Assembly (NCBI GenBank): GCA_045863335.1
Contig: BTVY01000059.1
Coordinates: forward strand, 1-34,353
Direction of reading: 5' to 3'
DNA length: 34,353 bases
Source of the DNA: Candidatus Hydrogenedentota bacterium
Lineage (GTDB): Bacteria; Hydrogenedentota; Hydrogenedentia; Hydrogenedentales; SLHB01
Shown here: positions 1 to 7,931 of the stretch, piece by piece
Numbering within the stretch: the first letter of the stretch is position 1
Layout: every line of letters begins with the position of its first letter
Notes under the pieces: generated by a model
The model's input: the letters and a program-made list of their open reading frames with translations, nothing else
Told to the model about the DNA's origin: nothing
Database searches by the model: none
Program-made: the position numbers and the translations under genes

Positions 1-52
1 AGCCTCGCAATGCTTTACAACGTAACACCAGAATCTTAACCGGACACCAGTG

Positions 53-84
53 ATCCGCAATCCGAAATCCGCGATCCGCAATCG
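53..84. repeat. Heptamer tandem repeat ATCCG(C/A)R, 4 copies plus partial
   Basis: atccgca atccgaa atccgcg atccgca atcg, immediately after the helicase stop codon. Confidence 0.8.
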
Positions 85-88
85 ATAA

Positions 89-2689
89 TTACACCGCACT
101 CATGGCGGGTAGCAGGGCCACTTCTCCGGGGCGCAGATCCAAGACGAAGCCTCGCTTCGGGATCGTCTTGACGACGCCTGCGCGGTGGGGCGCGACTTCC
201 TTGATGCCCGCCAGCAGCCTTCGTTTCTGGAAGTGCATCTGGTTCTGCTCGACGACAGTCTCGCCCCAGATTTCTTCGTAGATGGTGTCGTAGGGGATGC
301 ACTCGCCGGGCGATCCGGCCAGGGCGCGGACCAGGCGGTACTGTTTGTCCTGGAGTTTGACCCGCTTGCCCTCCACGACGATCTCGTTCGGACGCCGGTC
401 GTCGACGACAAGGACCGGCAGGGAGGGGGGTGGGTGTACCTCCCTGCCGGGCGGGTGTTCCTTGTCGTCGTGGTTCCGCAGCCCCCACGATTTGAGTTCA
501 TGGGCGGTAGCGGCCGGGACCCACTGGTCGAGTAGGTGGGTGGGGGCCCCGGCAAGGGCGGGTGGGGTATGGAGATCGTTGGTTTCCAGGGCGATGATCG
601 CGCTACGGTCCAGTCCGGGCAAGCGGAGCCGGGCCAACGCGAGGCCCTCGTCACGTAATCCATGCTGTACACGCTCGGCGAGGCGGGTCAGGCGGTCAAT
701 AAAGTCGTCCTGAGCGCCAAAGGCCGTGGCAAGCGCGGCGGTTGCGTCAATGATCCATGACATTTGTTCTGCGGCGGACACAATCTGGCCGAGTAAGGTG
801 TGGTACTTCTCTTCGATGTCGTATATCGATGACTCGTCAATCCAGTCCGAAAGGAATAAAGCGATCTTGATGGCCCGCACTTCTTCGAAGAAGGGCATCA
901 AGGAACTGTTCCGGAGGCGGTTCAAGGGGACGTCGGCCTCGGAATCCTCATCCAGAGTAATCCGTTTCAGGACGCCCGGATAATCCGCGCGGTCGTATTC
1001 GCGAGAGGTCAGGGTCACCTGAAGCATACGCCCGTCAGCGGTCAAGGCGGCCGCGAGGATGAGGTCGAGGTCGCTCCAGATGCGCGTTTCCGATTCGTGG
1101 AGCCAGTGGGACAGTTCTTGGGCGGTGGCGATGGAGATGCCTTTCGAGGCGACCGCCTGGCCCAAGGGCGTCGCGCCGAGGCGACCGGACCCGTCGCGGG
1201 TGATCATGCCGGTGTCGATGGCGCGGTTGATGGCCGCGCGCACGCGGAACTCGGTTTCCTCCAGGGGGACCGACTCCGCCCAGATCCAGGTGCCGGTGAG
1301 GGTCTTCTCGAAAAAGGCGTGCAGCTCTTCCTCCGTCAGGCAGGAGCGCGACGCGACCAGCCGGAGCACGTGATTCTCCAGGGGCTCCTTTGCTAGGCGC
1401 GGCTCGACCTTTTCGCGTTCTCCGTCCACGTAGCGCCGCCAGAGGGTCGTTTCGTCGTAGGGCGTCACGCCGATGAGGATGGACCGGCCAAAGGGGATGC
1501 CCGAACCGTAGCGTCCCGCGCGGCCGCCCATGTTCTCGTATTCGGAGCGGAGGATGGGCGTTTTCCAGGGCATGCCGAATCGATTGTCGTACATCCATTT
1601 GTCCGCCGCGATGAAGACGTTCTGCGCGGGGAGGTTCATGCCGACCGCCAGCGTGCTCGTCGAGATGAGCGCCTTCACCTCACCGGAGCGGAAGGCCTCT
1701 TCCACGATCCGCCGTTCCTCGCCCGACAGGTCCGCGCTGTGAAAGGCCACGCCCGTCGACAGCGTGTCCATCAGGCTGTCGCGGCAATGAGTGGTTTGGA
1801 GTTTGCGCAGCGCCTCGATGGCCTTCTCCGCGGCAGGTTCGTGGACGCGCCCGGCCAGCAACTCGGCGCCGCGCCGCGCCTCGTGCTTCGCCTTCACGAA
1901 GACGAGACAACTCTCGCCCCGTTCGACGAAGGCGCAGAGGTTGTCCGTGAGGATCTCCCAACTCGAATCGGAATGGGCGCCGACGAGGGGCTCTTCGGCC
2001 TGGCTGTATTCGTTGTAGGTGCGGTATTTGAACACGCCCTCGTGCAACACGCCGAACCGCAATTCGACGGGCCGCCGTTCGTGCAGCGCCAGGTCGGCGT
2101 TCATCCACTGGGCCAGCTTGTCCGCGTGGCCGATGACGGCCGACAACCCGATCATGCGGCACTTCGTCTGGAGGATGCGCGTCAACAGCAGTTCCACCTG
2201 CGCTCCCCGGTCCGGGTCGGACAGGATTTCCAGTTCGTCCACGATGACCAGTTCGACCTCTTCCAACCGTTCCGGCCGCCGCACCAGCAACTGCGCCAGC
2301 TTCTCGTACACGACGACCGCAATCGAGAAGTTGCCCGATTCGAGGCGTCCATCAAACTCGCGCCGGTCCCGGGTCGAGATGATGACGTCGATACCGTAGG
2401 GCGTGTACTTCTCCTGGAAATCGACGAACTTCTCCTCGGCCAGCGCCTTCAGCGGGACCACGTAGATGACCTTCTTGCGCCGGAGGGCCGTCTGGATGGC
2501 CGCCATCTCGCCGATGAAGGTCTTCCCCGAACTCGTCGGGGCCTGAAACAGCAAGTTCCCGCCTTTAAACAGGTTATGACGTTTCACCGCCATCTCCTGC
2601 AACGGCAGCAACACCTCGCTTTCCCGTTTCTGCCACAAACAAATGATTTCCGGCGGAATGTCGTATCGAAGCAGCTCCGTCATTTTCAT
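89..2689 (-). CDS. Ski2/Hel308-like SF2 helicase with C-terminal OmpR/PhoB-type winged-helix domain
   Basis: Q-motif LLPLQ, Walker A APTSSGKT, Ia PLKALAEEK, motif II DELE, III SAV, V STLAVGMNLPA, VI NMGGRAGR. C-terminal ~100 aa resembles Trans_reg_C (YRLVRALA...EEIWG...KTIPKRGF). Start moved to ATG 2689 because GGAGG lies just upstream and the promoter is at 2779-2807. Confidence 0.9.
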   Translation of the reverse strand: MKMTELLRYDIPPEIICLWQKRESEVLLPLQEMAVKRHNLFKGGNLLFQAPTSSGKTFIGEMAAIQTALRRKKVIYVVPLKALAEEKFVDFQEKYTPYGIDVIISTRDRREFDGRLESGNFSIAVVVYEKLAQLLVRRPERLEEVELVIVDELEILSDPDRGAQVELLLTRILQTKCRMIGLSAVIGHADKLAQWMNADLALHERRPVELRFGVLHEGVFKYRTYNEYSQAEEPLVGAHSDSSWEILTDNLCAFVERGESCLVFVKAKHEARRGAELLAGRVHEPAAEKAIEALRKLQTTHCRDSLMDTLSTGVAFHSADLSGEERRIVEEAFRSGEVKALISTSTLAVGMNLPAQNVFIAADKWMYDNRFGMPWKTPILRSEYENMGGRAGRYGSGIPFGRSILIGVTPYDETTLWRRYVDGEREKVEPRLAKEPLENHVLRLVASRSCLTEEELHAFFEKTLTGTWIWAESVPLEETEFRVRAAINRAIDTGMITRDGSGRLGATPLGQAVASKGISIATAQELSHWLHESETRIWSDLDLILAAALTADGRMLQVTLTSREYDRADYPGVLKRITLDEDSEADVPLNRLRNSSLMPFFEEVRAIKIALFLSDWIDESSIYDIEEKYHTLLGQIVSAAEQMSWIIDATAALATAFGAQDDFIDRLTRLAERVQHGLRDEGLALARLRLPGLDRSAIIALETNDLHTPPALAGAPTHLLDQWVPAATAHELKSWGLRNHDDKEHPPGREVHPPPSLPVLVVDDRRPNEIVVEGKRVKLQDKQYRLVRALAGSPGECIPYDTIYEEIWGETVVEQNQMHFQKRRLLAGIKEVAPHRAGVVKTIPKRGFVLDLRPGEVALLPAMSAV

Positions 2690-2778
2690 CGCGCAACGCC
2701 TCCAAGGGCTCTCGACGTCAAAGTACCCGCAACCCCGGCTCAGGGGCCCCGAACAGGCCACCGGGCATCACAAAGGGC

Positions 2779-2807
2779 AGTATACTGAAAAAAGATTCAG
2801 TTGTCAA
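2779..2807 (-). promoter_or_regulatory. Sigma70 promoter of the helicase gene, with a palindromic operator candidate in the spacer
   Basis: Minus strand TTGACA (2807-2802), 17 nt, TATACT (2784-2779). Inverted repeat ACTGAA-N6-TTCAGT at 2784-2801. Confidence 0.85.
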
Positions 2808-2898
2808 TAAGGGTGTTGTGCAAAGCAGCCGCGGGTTTCTTTCGTGACCGTTTTTGCCGCGAAGGAACGCAGAGAGCGCGAAAAAGGGGAAGGGGGAA

Positions 2899-3177
2899 CT
2901 AGGTTTTGTTTATGTGGGAGTTGTCGTTGCCGGGGGTGAGGTCGTCTTCGATTTCGCCGATGTCGGCGAGGCAGAACCAGGCGAGGCGTTTGGAGCCGCA
3001 GCGGGGGCAGCGTTTGCGCCAGAGCGTCGTGATGGGGGAGATGGTGACGACGTCCCCGGCTTCCGCACAGTTCAGGCAGAATTGGCGCTCTCGGTTGATG
3101 TAGGAGCGGAAGCATTCGCGGATGCGTAGAAGCAGCGTTAACTTCGTGGGGTGATCTTTTGTGGACACGGATTTCAT
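2899..3177 (-). CDS. Small zinc-ribbon-like hypothetical protein (92 aa)
   Basis: CLNC...RCPRCG pairs, acidic tail, promoter-like element directly upstream, and similarity to ORF 9335-9589. Confidence 0.65.
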   Translation of the reverse strand: MKSVSTKDHPTKLTLLLRIRECFRSYINRERQFCLNCAEAGDVVTISPITTLWRKRCPRCGSKRLAWFCLADIGEIEDDLTPGNDNSHINKT

Positions 3178-3183
3178 GTTTGC

Positions 3184-3213
3184 AGTGTATACCTGCGGCG
3201 GTTTTTGGAGCAA
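3184..3213 (-). promoter_or_regulatory. Sigma70-like promoter, probably giving a leaderless transcript
   Basis: TTGCTC-N18-TACACT, then 6 nt (gcaaac), then ATG 3177; no Shine-Dalgarno. Confidence 0.55.
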
Positions 3214-3229
3214 TGGGTTGAGTTGAAGA

Positions 3230-3252
3230 GCAGGCTGGAAGCCTGCACCACA
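3230..3252 (-). repeat. REP-like hairpin TGTGGTGCAGGCTTCCAGCCTGC
   Basis: GTGG lead followed by GCAGGCT/AGCCTGC inverted repeat; intergenic. Confidence 0.6.
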
Positions 3253-3283
3253 ATTCCGTTGGTGAAGTGTTGGGGCAGGGACA

Positions 3284-3307
3284 CACCGGTGAGGGCACCG
3301 GTGCCAC
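3284..3307 (-). repeat. REP-like hairpin GTGGCACCGGTGCCCTCACCGGTG
   Basis: GTGG lead followed by CACCGGTG/CACCGGTG stem; intergenic. Confidence 0.55.
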
Positions 3308-3354
3308 ACGGTTTTGAGGACGGGTCACTAGCACCGAAAATAGGAAACAGGCAG

Positions 3355-3514
3355 CGGGGACGGCAGGGACAACAGGACGCAAGGGACCTAAAGGACTTAA
3401 GGGACCTAAGGACTCAAAGGACCGAAAGGACGCCAAGGACGCAAGGGACGCAAGGGACCCAAAGGACGCCAAGGACGCAAGGGACCCAAAGGACGCAAAG
3501 GACGAAAGGGACGC
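3355..3514. repeat. Degenerate 9-bp tandem repeat (consensus AARGGACGC), 18 GGAC-anchored units
   Basis: GGAC at 3358, 3367, 3375, 3384, 3393, 3402, 3410, 3419 and every 9 nt to 3509. Confidence 0.92.
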
Positions 3515-3570
3515 ACGGAATACTGGGACCAGTGACGACACTCGTATTCGGCAGAGACTTAAAATACGGA

Positions 3571-3601
3571 AGGCGCGGAGTCTGTTTGAGACTTCGCGCC
3601 T
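3571..3601 (-). terminator. Intrinsic terminator downstream of the OmpA-family gene
   Basis: 13-bp near-perfect stem AGGCGCGGAGTCT/AGACTTCGCGCCT, followed on the minus strand by tccgtatttt, about 60 nt past the stop. Confidence 0.7.
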
Positions 3602-3659
3602 GCCGTCGGCAGCCCACTTTGTGGCGGATCTACCTGCCGCTAAACGTTGTTGGGAACTA

Positions 3660-4379
3660 TCAGGCCGTCGTTTCGGGGATCACGTGCAGGTCCACGCGAC
3701 GGTTGAGGGCCCGGCCGGAGGCGGTATCGTTGCTGGCGATGGGGTTTTGGGGTCCCATGCCTTCGGCGATGAGGCGGCTAGGCGCGATACCCGCCGCAAT
3801 CAATTCGGAGCGTACGACGTTGGCGCGTTGTTGCGACAATTGCATGTTGTATTGGAGATCGCCTTCGCTGCTCGTATGGCCGCGAATGTAGGCAATGGAA
3901 TCGGGGTAGTCGCGAAGCACCTGGGCGAGTTCGCGCACCTTCGTCATTCCTGCGGTCGAGAGGGCCGCGGAGCCTTGCTCAAAGAGGATCTCGGAAGGCA
4001 CACGGACGAGCACGGCTTCGGACCGCGTCTCCACCGGTTCGGCCGCAGTTTCGCCGGGGGCCGTTGCTGGAGCGGGTTGTTGCAGGATCACCGTCTCTTC
4101 CTGAACTTCGAGGTCATCGATGCGCTCAAAGGCTTCCTTCTGCTTTTTCAGCATATGGCCTACGCCAGCGCCGATTGCGCCGCCGGCCACCGCGCCGATG
4201 AGTGCGCCGCGGAAGGGGTCGTCCTTATCGATGAGCGCGCCCGCGCCTCCGCCGAGCGCCGCGCCCGTCAGTGCGCCGGTGCCCGTGCGGTGTTCGCTCG
4301 CGGTCTGACACCCGGCGAAGGGGAACAGCGCCAGGCTCAGTGAGACGAGCAGGCCAATAGAGAATTTGTCTGCTTTCAT
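3660..4379 (-). CDS. OmpA-family lipoprotein with glycine zipper (YiaD-like)
   Basis: Lipobox FAGC, glycine zipper GALTGAALGGGAGA..GALIGAVAGGAIGAGVG, OmpA-C motifs GHTSSEG..YNMQLSQQRA and NRRVD. Confidence 0.92.
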   Translation of the reverse strand: MKADKFSIGLLVSLSLALFPFAGCQTASEHRTGTGALTGAALGGGAGALIDKDDPFRGALIGAVAGGAIGAGVGHMLKKQKEAFERIDDLEVQEETVILQQPAPATAPGETAAEPVETRSEAVLVRVPSEILFEQGSAALSTAGMTKVRELAQVLRDYPDSIAYIRGHTSSEGDLQYNMQLSQQRANVVRSELIAAGIAPSRLIAEGMGPQNPIASNDTASGRALNRRVDLHVIPETTA

Positions 4380-4620
4380 GATTCGCTACCTCTCATGGTT
4401 TGCGCCGGCTCCGCGTGCGGCGAATGCCGCCACTCGCGATTGGGCCGGCACGAGAAGGCACAGTCATTCTTACCATGGAGGAGCAAATGGTGTGCCTGCG
4501 TGGAGGGCGGCGAATGGGGAGAATACCTCGAATTCCGAAGGGCGAGCGGTGGGTAGGTCGTATAGCAAACGCTCAGTGGCGGAAAGTTTTTATACGATGA
4601 GGTGCCGGTACACTAGGAAA

Positions 4621-4654
4621 CATCCCCCTAAATCCCCCTTCGAAGGGGGACTTT
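4621..4654. repeat. REP-like palindrome CCCCCTAAATCCCCCTTCGAAGGGGGACTTT
   Basis: Perfect palindrome CCCCCTTCGAAGGGGG, merging into the 37-bp array. Confidence 0.7.
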
Positions 4655-4873
4655 AAACAGCGCGTTACGCAAGTCTCCGGGAGGGGACTTTAAACAGCGC
4701 GTTACGCAAGTCTCCGGGAGGGGACTTTAAACAGCGCGTTACGCAAGTCTCCGGGAGGGGATTTTGAACAGCGCGTTACGTAAGACCCCGGGAGGGGATT
4801 TTGAACAGCGCGTTACGCAAGTCTCCGGGAGGGGACTTTGAACAGCGCGTTACGTAAGACGCCGGGAGGGGAC
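4646..4873. repeat. Tandem array of 6 x 37-bp units (GGGGACTTTAAACAGCGCGTTACGCAAGTCTCCGGGA), no spacers
   Basis: Units start at 4646, 4683, 4720, 4757, 4794 and 4831. The first three are identical; units 4-6 carry substitutions. Confidence 0.95.
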
Positions 4874-4912
4874 ATGGAGTCTCTCTGATGGGGCTGCTCT
4901 GGGTTCACGCCG

Positions 4913-6229
4913 TTAGCGATGGTTCCAATAGGCCGGGAGGTTGGGTTTGGTGTCGAGGAGGATTTCGCGGATGGCTCGGCTGGTGTAGTTGGTGAGATGG
5001 AGGTAGTCGGCGGTGTCGATCTTGGCGGTGAGGATGTCCCAGAGGCGTTGGTAGATGTAGTCCTTGGCTGCGTCGGGGAGGCCGTCGAATTGTTCGGAGT
5101 AGATGAGGTAACTGAGGGGATAGGTGAAGAGGCGCGATTCGAGATCGAGTTCACGCAAGGAGCGTCCCTGGCGGTCGACGGGGCCTTGGGAGGCAAAAAT
5201 TTCGGCAAATCCGGAGGTGCCTTGAATGGGGTCCCTTAACTCCGGTTCGCCGACGAAGAGCATGTAATCCACCAGCTTGTCGCACACGCTGGCGATGCGG
5301 TGTTGCGCGCTTTCGCTGAGGGTTTCCGGGTCGCGTTGGAGGGCTTCATCCATGACCGCTTCGTCGCGCAGGGCGAGGCGCGTTTCGAAATCGGCGCGGG
5401 TGATCAGGTTGTGCATGTGGGCTTGGTGTTCGAGCACCATCAACGCGACGATGTCGCTGTGGGCGGTGAGGTAGCCATCGGCGCGGACGTGTGGGGGAAG
5501 TGCGGGTTGGTTGGCGCCGAATTCCATATCGAGGTCGGCACCGTGTTCGGTCTTCGTGGCGATGACGTTGCCCATGTGGCGCGCGCCGCCGTGGGTGCCG
5601 GTCACGTACCAGCCGCCCCAGCGTTCTTCGAAGAGGCTTTCGTGGGTGGTCACGTGGGACCCGGCGCGCACGATGGGGAATCCGTCCGCGTCGGGATATA
5701 CGGAACGGACCATGTGGCCGGGGTAGTCGCGCGTGAAATTGCTCGCGTGACATTGGAGGCACTCGTGGCCTTTGCGGACGAATTCGGGTGTATCAGTTTT
5801 CTCTTGTGAGAGCGTGTAGAACACGGCGCCGAGGTTGGGGTCCGCGACGGACACCTCGATTACGCTGCCGTTCTGGACGGCGCCGATGTAGACATCGTCA
5901 TTGAAGTAGATGGCGCGCGGTGTTTCCGGGCTGATGAGATCGCTCTGGAAACTCGTCTTTGAAAAGACGAGCATCTGTGATTCGACGGGGATGTCCAGTT
6001 TCGCCAGGATGGATCGGAGGTACCCAAACTGGGAGTCGTACTCCAGTGCCTCGCGGTCCTGGTTGATGGCAACCTGCAATCGGGAGACGGGGTTGTCCGG
6101 CGCGGTTTCGGTGTAGCGGATGGGATCGGCGTCGAATCGGTCCTGTGCCGTGGCCAGCGCGGGGGATAGAACAGCGAATGCCAAGGCAAGAACGAAGCGG
6201 GTCGTTGTCGTGGGGGAAATGGCGTTCAT
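4913..6229 (-). CDS. Secreted hypothetical protein with one CxxCH (putative c-type cytochrome)
   Basis: Signal peptide (RFVLALAFAVLSPALATA) and HECLQCH. ATG 6229 chosen from the promoter position and signal peptide. Confidence 0.8.
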   Translation of the reverse strand: MNAISPTTTTRFVLALAFAVLSPALATAQDRFDADPIRYTETAPDNPVSRLQVAINQDREALEYDSQFGYLRSILAKLDIPVESQMLVFSKTSFQSDLISPETPRAIYFNDDVYIGAVQNGSVIEVSVADPNLGAVFYTLSQEKTDTPEFVRKGHECLQCHASNFTRDYPGHMVRSVYPDADGFPIVRAGSHVTTHESLFEERWGGWYVTGTHGGARHMGNVIATKTEHGADLDMEFGANQPALPPHVRADGYLTAHSDIVALMVLEHQAHMHNLITRADFETRLALRDEAVMDEALQRDPETLSESAQHRIASVCDKLVDYMLFVGEPELRDPIQGTSGFAEIFASQGPVDRQGRSLRELDLESRLFTYPLSYLIYSEQFDGLPDAAKDYIYQRLWDILTAKIDTADYLHLTNYTSRAIREILLDTKPNLPAYWNHR

Positions 6230-6235
6230 ATAAAA

Positions 6236-6264
6236 AGTATAACCGCATGCGATTATATGTTCAA
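6236..6264 (-). promoter_or_regulatory. Sigma70 promoter, probably leaderless
   Basis: TTGAAC-N17-TATACT, then 6 nt (ttttat), then ATG 6229; no Shine-Dalgarno. Confidence 0.7.
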
Positions 6265-6374
6265 GTCCGGGTTGATGAATTTGTGGCAACTCTGGCGGGG
6301 TCTGCGGCCATTGTATAGGACATTCGCCTCTGATACCGTCTGGCGAAGTGTTTCACACGCAAGGAGTACTCCCC

Positions 6375-7763
6375 ATGAAGCGAACTCTCTCCGTAGTTGT
6401 CTGCCTGGTTGCGGTCTCTGCTTCGGCCCTTGCCGCCGAGTGGGCGCCCTACCCGGCTAATCCCTTCAACATCGAACTCGACATTCCGGCGCCGACGGAC
6501 TCGGCTGGCGGGATTGTGGTGTGGGACATCGACAACGACGGGCTCATGGATTATCTCGTCACGGTGCCGGGTCATGTCGCGGCGTATGCCCATGACGGGA
6601 CGAAGCGTTGGATTCATCAGATCGACGTCCGGGTTGGCGGCTCCTCGGAGCGGGAAGGCCTGCCGGGACACAATGGTCCCGGTGTCACCGCAGGGGACAT
6701 CGACGGCGACGGGGCGACGGAGGTCCTGTACTTTACGAACGACAATACGTTTCACGTCGTGAACGGGGCGGACGGTGTCGAAGAGTGGACGGCGCAGCCG
6801 CCGCATCCTGAGGGGACCGAGCGTTGGGAGCACCTGGCGATCGCCAATTTCCGCGGCGAAGGGGATCGGGATTTATTCATCCAGACGACGAACAAAGACG
6901 GGTACCGGGTCGGGCACCATATCGCCGCGTACCGTCTGGAAGATTTGCGTGACGGCAAGTACACGCCGATTTGGCAGCGCGCGGACTTTACGACCTGCGC
7001 CCACAATGGAGCGCGTCTTGCCGACCTGGACGGCGACGGCCGGGATGAAGTGCTCGGCGGGCAAGTGGTCAGCCCCGACGGCGAATTCCTGTGCAACATT
7101 CCTTTGCGCGGTCACATTGATTCCGTATTCGTTCGGGATGCGCGGCCCGATCTGCCTGGTCTGGAAGTCGTCGCATTGGAAGAGGGGGGACGACGCGACG
7201 ACCTGCATGGCAATCGCGTGTTTCTGTATGGACGCGAGGCGGTGATTTGGGAAACCGATTTTCAGCAGTGGGAACCGCAGAACGCGGCGGTAGGAGAGTT
7301 CGATCCGGAACGGCCGGGGCATGAGATTTGGTGCCGAAGCCGGTTCAACGAACACCAGAAGCCCTTTGTCTTTGACGCCGAGGGAAATCTCATTGCCCAT
7401 TACGAGATGGACGACGTGGCGCCCGAAGGTTGGACCGCTTCCGGCGTAGAAGTGATTTTCACCATTGACTGGACCGGTGAGACGAAACAACTTGCCGCCG
7501 CCAAGGAGCGCCACACGGAGGGTGATGTGTGTATCTTCGACCCGATCACGGGTGCATTCGTTGAGACCTTTGACGAAGAAGCGGCCCGGCTCTACGTAGC
7601 GGATGTCGCGGGTGATTGGCGGGAAGAGATTGTCGTCCTCAATGGTCACACGTTGCACATCTACCAGAACGAGGCCGAAAATCCGAATCCTGAGCGACCG
7701 CGTCTTTGGGAGCAAGCCCACTACGGGCGGAGCAAGCGCACGCATAATTACTACAGCCCGTGA
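6375..7763 (+). CDS. Secreted FG-GAP/VCBS-repeat beta-propeller, rhamnogalacturonan lyase (PL11)-like
   Basis: RBS AAGGAG, signal peptide, Ca-loops DIDNDG, DIDGDG, DLDGDGRDEV, and ADVAGDWREEIV. Enzymatic activity is not established. Confidence 0.75.
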   Translation: MKRTLSVVVCLVAVSASALAAEWAPYPANPFNIELDIPAPTDSAGGIVVWDIDNDGLMDYLVTVPGHVAAYAHDGTKRWIHQIDVRVGGSSEREGLPGHNGPGVTAGDIDGDGATEVLYFTNDNTFHVVNGADGVEEWTAQPPHPEGTERWEHLAIANFRGEGDRDLFIQTTNKDGYRVGHHIAAYRLEDLRDGKYTPIWQRADFTTCAHNGARLADLDGDGRDEVLGGQVVSPDGEFLCNIPLRGHIDSVFVRDARPDLPGLEVVALEEGGRRDDLHGNRVFLYGREAVIWETDFQQWEPQNAAVGEFDPERPGHEIWCRSRFNEHQKPFVFDAEGNLIAHYEMDDVAPEGWTASGVEVIFTIDWTGETKQLAAAKERHTEGDVCIFDPITGAFVETFDEEAARLYVADVAGDWREEIVVLNGHTLHIYQNEAENPNPERPRLWEQAHYGRSKRTHNYYSP

Positions 7764-7880
7764 AGTGGGAGGTTCGGGAGTAGGCGCAGCTTCCGGCGGG
7801 ATTGGTACTTCGGGCTGGCGCCTTTGGTGTGCGAGACGTGCCAGATTGTTGAGGCGCGGGTAGCGTCTGAAACCATCGAA

Positions 7881-7903
7881 ACGGGCGGGACGCCCATTCT
7901 CCT
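7881..7903 (-). repeat. REP-like hairpin AGGAGAATGGGCGTCCCGCCCGT
   Basis: GGGCG/CGCCC stem between convergent genes. Confidence 0.55.
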
Positions 7904-7931
7904 TGGTGGCGCCACGGGATGACCAACGTAG

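Noticed and set aside
2690-2761. N-terminal extension of the helicase ORF (start 2761)
   Set aside because: ATG 2689 has a GGAGG RBS; the extension looks like 5' UTR
89-3177. Hachiman (HamAB) or another known helicase defence operon
   Set aside because: No HamA-like or nuclease partner is visible, and the helicase has its own promoter; genes beyond the left edge cannot be seen
2804-3891. ORFs 2804-3541 (-) and 3151-3891 (+) with SLA/TQG repeats
   Set aside because: They are open because the 9-bp repeat lacks stops, and they overlap better-supported genes, REP-like hairpins and a terminator
4646-4873. CRISPR array (37-bp repeat length)
   Set aside because: Units abut directly with no unique spacers, and there are no cas genes in the window
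4813-5208. 131-aa alternative-frame ORF running into the 37-bp array
   Set aside because: Shadow frame of the CxxCH gene with Ser/Pro/Thr-biased composition
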